Virus record (IMG/VR): IMGVR_UViG_3300044700_000691
Span: 152,816 to 216,815 of that record
DNA: 64,000 nucleotides
Direction: 5' to 3' (one strand)
The notes below the pieces were generated by a model that saw only the letters and a list, made by a program, of their open reading frames with translations, was not told the DNA's origin and made no database searches. This document shows, piece after piece, positions 26,890 through 36,661 of the stretch. The first letter of the stretch is position 1. Each line of letters starts with the position of its first letter. A program made the position numbers and the translations under genes.

Positions 26890-28320
26890 ATGCAAACAAA
26901 AGAACAATTAGACAAAGAGATTAAACGTCTTAATCTAGAGCAAAACGCTCTAAAAATCTTGATTAACTCGTTTTACGGAGCCTTCGGTAATAAGTATTTC
27001 TATTTTCACGATACAGATATTGCACAATCGATCACCCTACAAGGACAAGACCTTATTAAATTTTCAATTAAAGCAATTAATCACTACTTTACAGAAAAGT
27101 GGCACCTTGATACAGAATTACATGAAAAGCTTGGCATATCCAATCTAAAGATTAATCAAGTTAAAGAAGAATCTGCAATTTATACTGACACAGACTCATG
27201 TTATGTTAGTTTTCATCCAGCGATTAACTCAATCGAAGGTTTTCCTTTAAATGATACAGAAGCTCTTAAGTTTTGCTTGGCAATCAATCGCGAAAGACTA
27301 AGTGCCTATTTCAAAGCAGCCTTTCAAAAATATGCAACTGCATTTAATACTGATAATTGCCAAGAGTTTGAAATGGAAAATCTTTCTAGAGCCGCAATTT
27401 GGTGTGCTAAAAAGAAATACGTTCTTAAAGTAAGTTATGAAGACAATCCAGCTGAAGAGTTATCAGAAAAAGAAAGTCAAGTAGTAAAAGGTCTTGAAAA
27501 AGTTCAATCATCATATCCTATTTGGGCAAGAACCCATCTTGAAAAACTATACGACTTCTTTTTAGATCGCGGTTATGACTTAGATCTTGAAGATGAGCTT
27601 ATTCCTAAATTACAGGCCCTACGTGCTGAAATGGAAACTCTTTCGCCCGATGATATTTGTTTCTCGTTTTCTGTTCGTACCTATGATAAGTATGTTAAGA
27701 GTGAACATCCTTTAAAATTAGATAAAGGTGTTCCAATTTATACTAGAGCTGCAGCTTATCATAATTTCATGTTAAAAGAAACAGGTAATATAAAATATAA
27801 TCGTGTGCTAAGCGGTAAAGTTAAATTTTACTATGCTGCGCCCAATCCATACGAATTTGATATTTTTGCATTTTCTCCAGGAGTTTATCCAACTGAATTT
27901 GCTCTACCGATGGATAAAGATCAGCAGTTCTTTCGTTTAATTTGTGAACCTTTAAATAAGCTGCTTCTTGCAATGGGATTACCTCAAATTAATCCACAAT
28001 TACGTCGTGCAATTGAAGTAGTTAAACACAGACCTAAAAAAGGTCAAGATATACAGTCTTTTCCGATTCATATCGTCGACTCTGAGACATTTGAAAATAC
28101 CCTAGTTCCAGAGTCTCTTCAAGAGTTTATTGCAAATCCAGATTCAGCAATTCCACCTCAATTGATGCCACAATACTTAAGTATTGTATCTAAATATGGT
28201 TTAAATACAGTGGTTGTCCCAGATGCTGAACTTGCAAAATATATTGATAAAATTAAGAAAAAGAAAGCTACAAAAGCCGTTGTTGTCGAAGAAGATGAGA
28301 TGGAGGAAGTAGAAGACTAA
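26890..28320 (+). CDS. gp43: family B DNA polymerase, C-terminal subunit only (gp43B-like)
   Basis: KILINSFYG (motif B), YTDTDS (motif C), KKKY, VKGLE; no exonuclease motifs or motif A (DxxSLYPS). Confidence 0.9.
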   Translation: MQTKEQLDKEIKRLNLEQNALKILINSFYGAFGNKYFYFHDTDIAQSITLQGQDLIKFSIKAINHYFTEKWHLDTELHEKLGISNLKINQVKEESAIYTDTDSCYVSFHPAINSIEGFPLNDTEALKFCLAINRERLSAYFKAAFQKYATAFNTDNCQEFEMENLSRAAIWCAKKKYVLKVSYEDNPAEELSEKESQVVKGLEKVQSSYPIWARTHLEKLYDFFLDRGYDLDLEDELIPKLQALRAEMETLSPDDICFSFSVRTYDKYVKSEHPLKLDKGVPIYTRAAAYHNFMLKETGNIKYNRVLSGKVKFYYAAPNPYEFDIFAFSPGVYPTEFALPMDKDQQFFRLICEPLNKLLLAMGLPQINPQLRRAIEVVKHRPKKGQDIQSFPIHIVDSETFENTLVPESLQEFIANPDSAIPPQLMPQYLSIVSKYGLNTVVVPDAELAKYIDKIKKKKATKAVVVEEDEMEEVED

Positions 28321-28324
28321 TTAA

Positions 28325-29431
28325 ATGGAGATAACTGAAGTTTCAAAGTTTGTAAAAAGTGTCATGAGCGCCAGATTTCCTGGCATTCACGATAAACAGA
28401 CTATTGATGAGAGCGATGGCAAATTAAATTTTGCATGTCCATTTTGCGGAGACTCTAAGGTTAAAGCTTCCAAAAAAAGAGGACACCTCTATATGGAAAC
28501 TAAAACCTATAAGTGTTTTAACGATGGTTGCATGGCATGGATGAGTCTTGCTGAATTTGTTGCAAGCCTAAGCAATCAATATGGAATTATATCGTCTCTG
28601 TTCTTAGACGAAGCTGATCTTGATATTAATTACAAAAAAACTACTGAAAATCACCTTGTTAGATTCTTAACATCTAACAGAAAAGGTATGATTTCAATTA
28701 GTGATGTAATTAACCGTTTTTCGCTAAAGAGATTAGACCAAATTTCAGAAAATTCTGCTGCATATAGCTTTGCTCAATCTAGAGGCTTAACTAAAGTTAA
28801 AAACTTTGGCGATATTATGTATGCTGATGCAATGGATAATAAAGTTTATATTTTTAACTTTGATCACCGTTCTGGTAAAATTCTAGGCCTTGCAACTAGA
28901 AGTTTAGACCCATTTACCGATAGAAAATACCTGATTAAATCCTATAATGAGGTTTCTAAAATCTTTACAAATGGAGATACTCCAGAAATTATTGATGATG
29001 CCAATTATCTTAATAACTATTTTAATATCCTAAATGTTGATTTTACGCAGCCGCTAATGGTTGCAGAAGGTCAAATTGACTCAATGTTTTTAAAGAACGG
29101 TTTAGCAACATCTGGTGTTTCCAAAGCTAAATCTATCTTAAAAGCAATGGGTGCAGTCGATATTAAAATTATATTTGACCGAGACAAAGCCGGTAAAGAT
29201 TCAATGCTAGCTTTTATTAAAGATGGATATTCTGTATTTTTATGGAATAGTTTAATGGATGAATTAAAGAAAAAGTTTCCAACTCAAATTATTAAGCTTT
29301 CAAAAATTAAAGATATTAATGACCTATTTCTTTTCCTAAATAAACAGGATCCATCATTTACAATTTCTCAATTTCAAGACTTAATAGGTAAGCACTTTAG
29401 TAATTCAGTATATGATATAGTCTACCTATAA
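28325..29431 (+). CDS. gp61: DNA primase (gp61-like)
   Basis: CPFCGD...CFNDGC Zn ribbon; TOPRIM EGQIDSMF and DRDKAG. Confidence 0.9.
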   Translation: MEITEVSKFVKSVMSARFPGIHDKQTIDESDGKLNFACPFCGDSKVKASKKRGHLYMETKTYKCFNDGCMAWMSLAEFVASLSNQYGIISSLFLDEADLDINYKKTTENHLVRFLTSNRKGMISISDVINRFSLKRLDQISENSAAYSFAQSRGLTKVKNFGDIMYADAMDNKVYIFNFDHRSGKILGLATRSLDPFTDRKYLIKSYNEVSKIFTNGDTPEIIDDANYLNNYFNILNVDFTQPLMVAEGQIDSMFLKNGLATSGVSKAKSILKAMGAVDIKIIFDRDKAGKDSMLAFIKDGYSVFLWNSLMDELKKKFPTQIIKLSKIKDINDLFLFLNKQDPSFTISQFQDLIGKHFSNSVYDIVYL

Positions 29432-29434
29432 ATA
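29427..29434 (+). promoter_or_regulatory. T4-type late promoter TATAAATA
   Basis: Perfect consensus 5 nt before the gp4 ATG; would drive gp4-gp2-portal late. Confidence 0.6.
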
Positions 29435-29439
29435 TTAAT

Positions 29440-29952
29440 ATGAAAGATCCCAATCAAAAAAAGAATATAAAAACATTTCTTAAACCTAGAATCGGCGGAT
29501 CTGTTAAACAGGGGTATTTTAGACCTCAACAGCCAGATCGTTATATGGGCGATCCGGGTCAAATTATCTATCGATCCAGTTGGGAATATAAATTTCTAAA
29601 ATGGTTAGATTCAAGCCCGTCAGTTCTTAAGTATTCGTCTGAACCATTTGGTATTCCATACTATAATCCAATGGACAAGCGCGGTCATATTTACTATATT
29701 GATTTTTTTGTTAAATTAGCTGGGCCAACCGGTAACGAAGAAAATTGGTTAATTGAAGTTAAGCCAAACAAATATGTTTCGCCACCAACTAAACCTAAAC
29801 GCATGACAGATAAGCAAACTGCAAGTTATGTCTATGCAGCAAAGCAGTTTATTACAAATCAGGCAAAATTTGAAGCAGCCAGAGACTATGCTGCACAAAA
29901 AGGAATTAAGTTTGGAATTATTACCGAAAACTTCTTGTTTAAAAGTTTGTAG
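29440..29952 (+). CDS. gp4: head completion nuclease gp4 (TnsA-like)
   Basis: YRSSWEYKF, YSSEPFGIPY, YYIDF, IEVKP, NQAKFEAA. Confidence 0.9.
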   Translation: MKDPNQKKNIKTFLKPRIGGSVKQGYFRPQQPDRYMGDPGQIIYRSSWEYKFLKWLDSSPSVLKYSSEPFGIPYYNPMDKRGHIYYIDFFVKLAGPTGNEENWLIEVKPNKYVSPPTKPKRMTDKQTASYVYAAKQFITNQAKFEAARDYAAQKGIKFGIITENFLFKSL

Positions 29953-29961
29953 AATATAAAG

Positions 29962-30627
29962 ATGATAAAAACAACATTTAGTTCCCAAATAGACGATTTT
30001 AGAAGTAAAGGTGAAAAACTAGAGGATCCTTTCTTTAGCGAACTTTCGCCATTACCAGACTCAGTTTTTATTCCAGCTCATATCTATACTTTCTTTGCCT
30101 TACCAGTTGACGATCAACAAATCCCAACGGCTGATCAATATCTTGATGCAAAGGCAATGACTAACTATTCAATTAAGCGACCTTATTATGACCAGAGACC
30201 AATCGGCATCTGTTTAGCAAATGACGCAGAGTCTGTTACCATATTAAATCTTAAAATAATGCCATTAGGGGCTACCCAAGTTATCCTGAATATACTCTGG
30301 CAGACTCTTAATAGTATCATACGTAAATCATATGATGATAAAGGACAATTCATCAATGATACCCGAAAGTTATATCAACTTCCTGAATATGCCCCACTTA
30401 TGGGATTTAATTCAAATCCATTTGCAATGGTGGATCTTTTTCAAAACGCGAGCGGCGGAAAATTTAACGTGCGTTACGCAGTAAATAAATATCAAAAAGA
30501 AGCTATTACCAATCCAAAGCTTATACCCTTTCACCTGGTACCCAGAATTGCTCAAACTAATATTTTTGACGGCATTCAGACAAGATCAATAAGCATGGAA
30601 TCAGTAATATCACAATTTAACGCATAA
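29962..30627 (+). CDS. gp2: DNA end-protector gp2-like
   Basis: IYTFF...PYYDQRPIGICL...LNLKIMP resembles the gp2 motif; adjacent to gp4. Confidence 0.55.
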   Translation: MIKTTFSSQIDDFRSKGEKLEDPFFSELSPLPDSVFIPAHIYTFFALPVDDQQIPTADQYLDAKAMTNYSIKRPYYDQRPIGICLANDAESVTILNLKIMPLGATQVILNILWQTLNSIIRKSYDDKGQFINDTRKLYQLPEYAPLMGFNSNPFAMVDLFQNASGGKFNVRYAVNKYQKEAITNPKLIPFHLVPRIAQTNIFDGIQTRSISMESVISQFNA

Positions 30628-30629
30628 TT

Positions 30630-32339
30630 ATGGCAGGATTTCTAGACAATATCGGCTTAGGAGGACTTAAATCAAGACTATCAGATTTAAGCCGAGTTGG
30701 TATGAAGTACGAGGATCTTTTAATTAAGAACTCACAATCGATAGGTTTTATTGAAAGTCAATTAATGCAAGCTCGAGGCAGTGTTTTACCAGGAGGTCAG
30801 ACTGACTCTTTAGCAAGAGCAACTATGGCAATCTCAGATACAACATCTGCTCTTAGAACTAAAGCTATTGCATTTTTCCAATTGGATTATGCAACAAAAC
30901 GCGAAAGACTTAGAGACCTTGCATCAAATGGTGAAATTGAATTTGTAATTGAGTCTATTACAGACGACGTTATTGTATTTGATGAAGATAACAGATTTGC
31001 TTATCCAAATGACCTAGTTGGCGAAATGCTCTACAAAGGTAAAAACAAAGAGCAGCGTCTTAAATATCAAGAGAAAGTTATTGACAAATACAATGAAAAC
31101 TTTGAAAAAATCTACAATGCATGGGGTTTCAACGAAGGAATTTCAGCATGGCAGTATTTCTTTCAATGGTTAATTGAAGGTCACTTAGCATTTGAAATTC
31201 TCTATGATGACTTACAAAATCCAAGAGAAATTATTGGATTTAAGGAGATTGACCCTTCTACACTATATCCACAAATTAAAAAGGATGCAGCTGGAAAGAT
31301 CTTTTTAGAATGGGCACAAAAAGTTCCTGGCGAATCTAAAGTAAGAACACTTACTGATTCTCAGGTTTTATACCTATCATATTCAAACCACTTTAGAACA
31401 AAACGTATCTCGTTTGTTGAAAGAATGGTTAGATCATTTAACTTAATGCGTGTTATTGAACACTCTAAAGTTATTTGGCATACAATGAACGCTCCGATTC
31501 GTTTAACAACTAAAGTTCCAATTGGAAGTAAGTCACTAAACAAAGCAAAAGAAGATGTTCGTGAATTTGCAAACCAATTAAAAGAAGATATTTTCTTTGA
31601 TACTAATACTGGTGAAATTCAGGTAGACGGTCGTCCAAATCTACTATTCTACAAGAATTATATTTTACCAGTTAATGACCAAAACCAGTCAATTGAAATT
31701 GCACCACTAGAATACGCAGGTCCTAATATGTCTGGCTCTGAACTTCTTAACTACTTTAAAGAAAAGTTAAAGATGGATTCAAAAATCCCTTATTCACGAT
31801 GGGATTCAGCAAATGGCTCAGGTCAATATACAATGAATGCTGAAGGTATTCGTCGAGAAGAGATTCGTTATAATAAATTTGTAACGCGTTTGCGCTCTGC
31901 ATTTAAGGAACTTTTAACTAAGCCTCTATATTTACAAATGTGTCTTGATTTTAAAGACTTAAAAGATGATTATCGTTTTAAAAATGCAGTTGGTATTAAC
32001 TGGCATGATGATAACGTCTTTGAAGAAATTAAACAACAGGACTTACTTAATAAACGTCTTGCAACAATTAACGCTCTTAAAGGAGTTGTTGATGATGAAG
32101 GCAAACCATACTTCTCTACTGAATACTTGGTTAAAGAGTATTTACGTATGAGTGATGAAGATCTTCAAAAGAATAGAGACTATATGAATCAAACTCCAAC
32201 TGGAGAAGGCGAAGCTGGAGAAGCAGCCGCACCTGGAGCTGCTCCTGAAGCAGGTACTGCACCGGAAGGTGGAGCTGGCGCTGAAGCCGCAGCTGGCAAA
32301 GAAACTGCATCTGAATTAGGCGCGCCTGGAGCTCTATAA
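30630..32339 (+). CDS. gp20: portal protein (gp20-like)
   Basis: EIEFVIESITDDVI, WLIEGHLAFEIL, IDPSTL, FNLMRVIEHSKVIW, KIPYSRWD, IRREEIRYNKFVTRLR; G/A/E/P-rich tail. Confidence 0.93.
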   Translation: MAGFLDNIGLGGLKSRLSDLSRVGMKYEDLLIKNSQSIGFIESQLMQARGSVLPGGQTDSLARATMAISDTTSALRTKAIAFFQLDYATKRERLRDLASNGEIEFVIESITDDVIVFDEDNRFAYPNDLVGEMLYKGKNKEQRLKYQEKVIDKYNENFEKIYNAWGFNEGISAWQYFFQWLIEGHLAFEILYDDLQNPREIIGFKEIDPSTLYPQIKKDAAGKIFLEWAQKVPGESKVRTLTDSQVLYLSYSNHFRTKRISFVERMVRSFNLMRVIEHSKVIWHTMNAPIRLTTKVPIGSKSLNKAKEDVREFANQLKEDIFFDTNTGEIQVDGRPNLLFYKNYILPVNDQNQSIEIAPLEYAGPNMSGSELLNYFKEKLKMDSKIPYSRWDSANGSGQYTMNAEGIRREEIRYNKFVTRLRSAFKELLTKPLYLQMCLDFKDLKDDYRFKNAVGINWHDDNVFEEIKQQDLLNKRLATINALKGVVDDEGKPYFSTEYLVKEYLRMSDEDLQKNRDYMNQTPTGEGEAGEAAAPGAAPEAGTAPEGGAGAEAAAGKETASELGAPGAL

Positions 32340-32357
32340 TAACTAACAATTTTTCAT

Positions 32358-32390
32358 AAAAAAAGCCGCAATTTGCGGCTTTTTCTTTTT
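32358..32390. terminator. bidirectional intrinsic terminator between portal and gp25
   Basis: A-tract, AGCCGCAA-T-TTGCGGCT, T-tract between convergent genes. Confidence 0.85.
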
Positions 32391-32402
32391 ATATCGAGTC
32401 CG

Positions 32403-32780
32403 TTATTTGTATGCAATAACAAATCTAGCCTTACCATCAATTGTTAATAATAGGTGTATAGAATCTTTAAATTGATCTATTCCGTCTGGTACAAGATAAG
32501 CCTTAACTTCAAAGTTTCTATTCTTTAATAGTGAACAATATTGTTTTAATTGGTAGCGTACGCCGATTTCTAATCCAGCTAAATCTACTGAGTCTGAAAA
32601 ATCAAATAAGAACGACTCTTCATCTACTCCATAATCGGACCCACCGAGTACAGTTTTAGTTGGAGTTAATAGCGTCATTTTAATTTGAGCCAATAACACC
32701 TGTAATTCTTCCCTTTCAATAAATGAAAGTTCTTCGTATCCTGGATCGTTTTCGTGTTTTAAGTAAATATCAGTAATCAT
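32403..32780 (-). CDS. gp25: baseplate wedge gp25-like
   Basis: QIKMTLLTPTKTVLGGSDYGVD...FLF pattern and size. Confidence 0.65.
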   Translation of the reverse strand: MITDIYLKHENDPGYEELSFIEREELQVLLAQIKMTLLTPTKTVLGGSDYGVDEESFLFDFSDSVDLAGLEIGVRYQLKQYCSLLKNRNFEVKAYLVPDGIDQFKDSIHLLLTIDGKARFVIAYK

Positions 32781-32781
32781 A

Positions 32782-33516
32782 TTAGAATCTCATTGTATAC
32801 ATCCAACCGGCAGAGTTTTCGCCTTTAATTGCTTCCAAAACAGCTGCCATTTCAGTATCAGCCTTTGTTACTAGGTTGGTGTAATTTATTTTAACATCTC
32901 CAGGTAGTACATAGTCAAATGTAGTAATCATTTCCCCAAGTCTCTGTTTAGACTTTGCTCTGCAATAGCGTTGAAACATTTCATCTTCATATAGATTAGA
33001 TGGATCAATTTTCTTAGCAACTTCTAGCACAGCGCCTCTCTTAGGGGTTCTGCCAAGAACAGTTATTTGTTTAGTGTTTTTGTTATAATCATATGCAATT
33101 GTATCTAACAGAAAGGCTTTAGTTAAATCCAGGAATGAAAACATTACTGTTCTATACATTAAAGATTCTCCAACAAACGGTGTTAAGAAAGTTTCGGCTC
33201 CAATAAATTTGTTTTCGCCAAAGTCTCTATCCACTGTTGAAAATACTGAAGCTCCAGTCGGCTCAACTGCTTTGTGAACAAATTGTACGCAATCTGGTAA
33301 AGTAATAGTACGGCTTGCTTTAAATTGAGCAGCACTAAACACATCAATTGGAATTTGCAAATACGCTTTATCTAGAGCATATTGCCAATTATCATAGAAG
33401 AAAACCTCAGCATTCTTTATAACCCTTTCTACTTCTTTGGTTGGAAGTTGATAGGGAAGGGCTCCTGAAAAAGTTACTTCATCAATAATATCTGATATTA
33501 ATTCTTGTCTAGTCAC
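32782..33516 (-). CDS. gp13: neck protein gp13-like
   Basis: YCRAKSKQRLGEMITTFDYVLPGDVKINY...ADTEM C-terminal motif. Confidence 0.8.
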   Translation of the reverse strand: MTRQELISDIIDEVTFSGALPYQLPTKEVERVIKNAEVFFYDNWQYALDKAYLQIPIDVFSAAQFKASRTITLPDCVQFVHKAVEPTGASVFSTVDRDFGENKFIGAETFLTPFVGESLMYRTVMFSFLDLTKAFLLDTIAYDYNKNTKQITVLGRTPKRGAVLEVAKKIDPSNLYEDEMFQRYCRAKSKQRLGEMITTFDYVLPGDVKINYTNLVTKADTEMAAVLEAIKGENSAGWMYTMRF

Positions 33517-33535
33517 GCAGTTTGCGTTATTTTAA

Positions 33536-33763
33536 TTAGGCAGTTGGTGCCTGTGCAGCAGCCATTTTAGCAGCTTCTGCTTTCTTTTTATCCTCTTCGG
33601 TTTTTGCAGCAGTAGCATCAGCAATTTTTAATTTAATTGCATCAAGTTCTTTTTGAGAATCTAGTACCTTTTGCATAGCAGTTGCTTCTTGTTGGTTTAA
33701 CGCAACTAGGTCTGCTGAAGCATCTTCATTTAGACCAAAGTAGTTTTGAAATGACTTAATCAT
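33536..33763 (-). CDS. small coiled-coil protein with capsid-targeting-like N-terminus
   Basis: MIKSFQNYFGLNEDA; GATAAATA at 33784-33791. Confidence 0.7.
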   Translation of the reverse strand: MIKSFQNYFGLNEDASADLVALNQQEATAMQKVLDSQKELDAIKLKIADATAAKTEEDKKKAEAAKMAAAQAPTA

Positions 33764-33782
33764 TTTATTGTAGTTCTTTTTG

Positions 33783-35126
33783 TTATTTATCGGAAATATA
33801 GTCCGAAAAAGTTTTTATACGGGTTGTGCCAGAACCAGGATTTGCTCCAAGTTCTTGACGACTTGCTTTATATGAACCCCATTGAGATGGTACGCGAATA
33901 GTTCCGGAAACTCGTTGTGGATTTCTTTCCGGTTGCAGGTCATCCATATCTGGATTGCTTTTCGTGCGGTCTCTGAATAACTCTGGTGTTAGCAGGTCCT
34001 CTTCAATCTTTCCACCTAATATCATCCATACCTTTTTAGGGTCCTTTCCTTCAGGGATCCCCTGTGAAAAGCTATCAAAGTCTTGTGCTAACCAAAACTC
34101 TCTCATTAGAGTGCCAGATACGCCATCTTCATCTCCGTCTGCACCAGAGTTTCCTCCAAATTCAGGGCGTTCAGTTTCTATTCTATTAATTTTAGAAATT
34201 GAGCCTTGCCATTTTTCCATAGCAGCCCATCTGGGCATATCCTCATCTGTAGCATAAAGATTAACTACCGTATTTGGTGCATATTGTGTTTGGCCAAGAG
34301 CTTCAACAAATTCATATCCACTTCTGACTGGAGTAACGTTTGATAGGTGCAATTCAACATTATCAAAGTCTTCTAAATAGTAATCTAATACATCCATTGC
34401 AGATTTGCCGCTAATTCCAGCCATTTCTGTCTTGGAAATAAACACATGTACCTCGTCGTTTTCTTCTGCAATTTTTGCAATTGCATCATAGTGACCGGCA
34501 TGTGGTGGTTTAAATTTACCACTAAATATTCCGACGGTTTTAATATTTAATTTTGGAACTTGAGTACGACCAATTTTTCTGGTCTTCATTGTAATTTCTG
34601 CAAACTCAGTCTCTAGACTCTTTGCAAGTGCTAGGTTTTTGCGATCATCATCATAAAAAGTAAAATGAGTAAAGCCTTTTGCCATTAGTTTACGAAAGGC
34701 TTCTTTTTTCTTTTCTGCAATAGTGCCGTCGAATCCAAATTCTGGATCACTTACTGCATAAATTAGGTTGGGGTGAATATCTATACCGTGGGATAATAGA
34801 AATTCTCTGACTAGTTTCTTATTATCTCTAGCTGTAATAATCCCGACAGCAGTCCCGGATTCGTATGCAGAACGTAATATGTTAAGTACCCATTCAACTA
34901 ATCTTCCAGCCTTTAAAATATTAGCATCATTGAATTGGGTATAGTTAACCTCATGATGAGGTTCCTTTTCATAATCGTTAAACTCCTGTGGAGTAAGATC
35001 AAATTTCTCGCCAGTCAAGGCATCCTTAACAAGGATCTTTGCATTGGTAACAACTAGCGTGTCATCCAAATCAAATACGATAATTGAATTGTCTCTAGAA
35101 AATGCCATTTCGTTTACTGTTTGCAC
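33783..35126 (-). CDS. HAD phosphatase fused to HxGH cytidylyltransferase-like domain
   Basis: VFDLDDTL, IITAR, FYDDD (HAD); IFSGKFKPPHAGH and VSGTLMRE (nucleotidylyltransferase); C-terminal IKTFSDYI motif. Confidence 0.8.
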   Translation of the reverse strand: MQTVNEMAFSRDNSIIVFDLDDTLVVTNAKILVKDALTGEKFDLTPQEFNDYEKEPHHEVNYTQFNDANILKAGRLVEWVLNILRSAYESGTAVGIITARDNKKLVREFLLSHGIDIHPNLIYAVSDPEFGFDGTIAEKKKEAFRKLMAKGFTHFTFYDDDRKNLALAKSLETEFAEITMKTRKIGRTQVPKLNIKTVGIFSGKFKPPHAGHYDAIAKIAEENDEVHVFISKTEMAGISGKSAMDVLDYYLEDFDNVELHLSNVTPVRSGYEFVEALGQTQYAPNTVVNLYATDEDMPRWAAMEKWQGSISKINRIETERPEFGGNSGADGDEDGVSGTLMREFWLAQDFDSFSQGIPEGKDPKKVWMILGGKIEEDLLTPELFRDRTKSNPDMDDLQPERNPQRVSGTIRVPSQWGSYKASRQELGANPGSGTTRIKTFSDYISDK

Positions 35127-35195
35127 TGGCCATTATTTTTTATTATTTATTTAGCCAGTATATCAATGTAAATATACTAATCCTGGCTCAATAAA

Positions 35196-35227
35196 AGCAA
35201 AAAACGCAAAGCTTCGAGGCCTTGCGT
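35196..35227 (-). terminator. intrinsic terminator
   Basis: AACGCAAGGC-loop-GCUUUGCGUU followed by U-tract on the minus strand. Confidence 0.7.
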
Positions 35228-35260
35228 TATTTGAACAGTTTCTTCCAAATGGTAAGATCC

Positions 35261-36637
35261 TTATAATTCAGTCTGTATTGACTCGACTGCTTCTTTGTAT
35301 TCTTCCATAGTTACTCCAATTTCGCTTGCTTGCTGGTCTGGAGACATAGTCAATGATCTTTGTTGATTATCTGCGTTAGCCAACCATTGTGTAACTTTAG
35401 TCATTACCTCTGGAGATACAGATTCGTACACAGCAGATTCCATTAAACCATTTCTATAACAACCAAGTGCCTCTTTAACGTAATCATTATATTCTATCGC
35501 AGAATCGTCGTTATGTATTTCTAGAGCTTCATTACAAAGTTTTTCGCAAACCTCATAAATTGATTCGCAAGTAGATTCATAACAAGCCGACTCGTAATTT
35601 GCATATTCATTAACCGTAATACCGTCATCTACCATTTCATACATACATTTTTCCATATATGCACAGGCTTCATTAACATAACCATCGAACTTATGTTCAG
35701 GGTCTTCATCATCTTCATACATTGAAGCATCTGAACAAGTAGATTCGCATATTGATTCAATTAGGTGATGTGCAGCTTCAGATAACATTGATTTACTACC
35801 ATCATGGCAAGTATGACCTAGGCCTTCTGCCATATACTCAGAATTTCCTGGGTTATTCATTATTCTTCCATTGGGAAGTGTTACACGGTCCTTTCCGATT
35901 CCATATTCAAAGTTATTTGAATTGTGACCTAATTCGTTTGGAATTTCGTCAGCTTCCTCATCATCACTATACGTATCACAGTGTTCTCCGCAATCAGAGC
36001 AAATATCTCCCATCATAACAGCAGCTCCGCAACAGTCTGAAGATACTCCATACTCGTACGCATCTCTAGGATCCCATGATTCATTTGTACGTGACTTAGC
36101 GCCATCATAAATAGTTTTTAACCATGATTCAAGTTCTTTATTATCACCTGCATCTAGGTTAGAATATTCTTTTTTGAATGCTCTAACAAAACTTCTAAAA
36201 GTTTTAGATTCTTGAGCAAGTAGATCAATTTCAGACATTGCGCCTTCTTTAATAGCAACAGCTTTCTTTTTAGGGGCACCAGATTTAGCGTCGGCTGCCG
36301 CTTTCTTCATAGACTCCTTTTTATCTCCGTCCTTATCTAAATCTAAAAAATCAGGTTTGCCTGATTTACCAGGTGCAGCCTTTTTACCGGCTGGCTTTTT
36401 ACCAGCTTTCTTATCTAGATATGCCTGTAAACCCGCGTTAAGCTGTTTCTTTTCATTTAAGAAATCTGCAAATCTTAATACTTTGTTTTCTGCGATTTGT
36501 GGTTCTTGTCCACATGTTTCGCAATCTTCGGTTACTTCTGGATTACGGCCAGCTTCATTATCAAACTGTTCGTCCTCTGAGTAGTAATTTGGCTTCTTTA
36601 AAAAAGAAGGTAAGTCTTTGTTAGAAAATTTTCCCAT
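35261..36637 (-). CDS. mosaic acidic/Cys-rich protein, probable internal head protein
   Basis: VLRFADFLNE motif, KPDFLDLDKDG module, SDCC...CSDCGEHC module, duplicated CESTC domain; GATAAATA at 36659-36666. Confidence 0.7.
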   Translation of the reverse strand: MGKFSNKDLPSFLKKPNYYSEDEQFDNEAGRNPEVTEDCETCGQEPQIAENKVLRFADFLNEKKQLNAGLQAYLDKKAGKKPAGKKAAPGKSGKPDFLDLDKDGDKKESMKKAAADAKSGAPKKKAVAIKEGAMSEIDLLAQESKTFRSFVRAFKKEYSNLDAGDNKELESWLKTIYDGAKSRTNESWDPRDAYEYGVSSDCCGAAVMMGDICSDCGEHCDTYSDDEEADEIPNELGHNSNNFEYGIGKDRVTLPNGRIMNNPGNSEYMAEGLGHTCHDGSKSMLSEAAHHLIESICESTCSDASMYEDDEDPEHKFDGYVNEACAYMEKCMYEMVDDGITVNEYANYESACYESTCESIYEVCEKLCNEALEIHNDDSAIEYNDYVKEALGCYRNGLMESAVYESVSPEVMTKVTQWLANADNQQRSLTMSPDQQASEIGVTMEEYKEAVESIQTEL

Positions 36638-36661
36638 TTTAACTAATTATTTCATGATTAT

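Noticed and set aside
26890-28320. Split intein or intron explanation for the half polymerase
   Set aside because: No C/S start or HN-C/S/T intein junction near the N-terminus and no intron-like sequence upstream; the upstream gene is divergent
29440-29952. TnsA-like nuclease as a transposase or homing endonuclease
   Set aside because: Motifs and position beside gp2 match the ordinary head-completion protein gp4; no element ends
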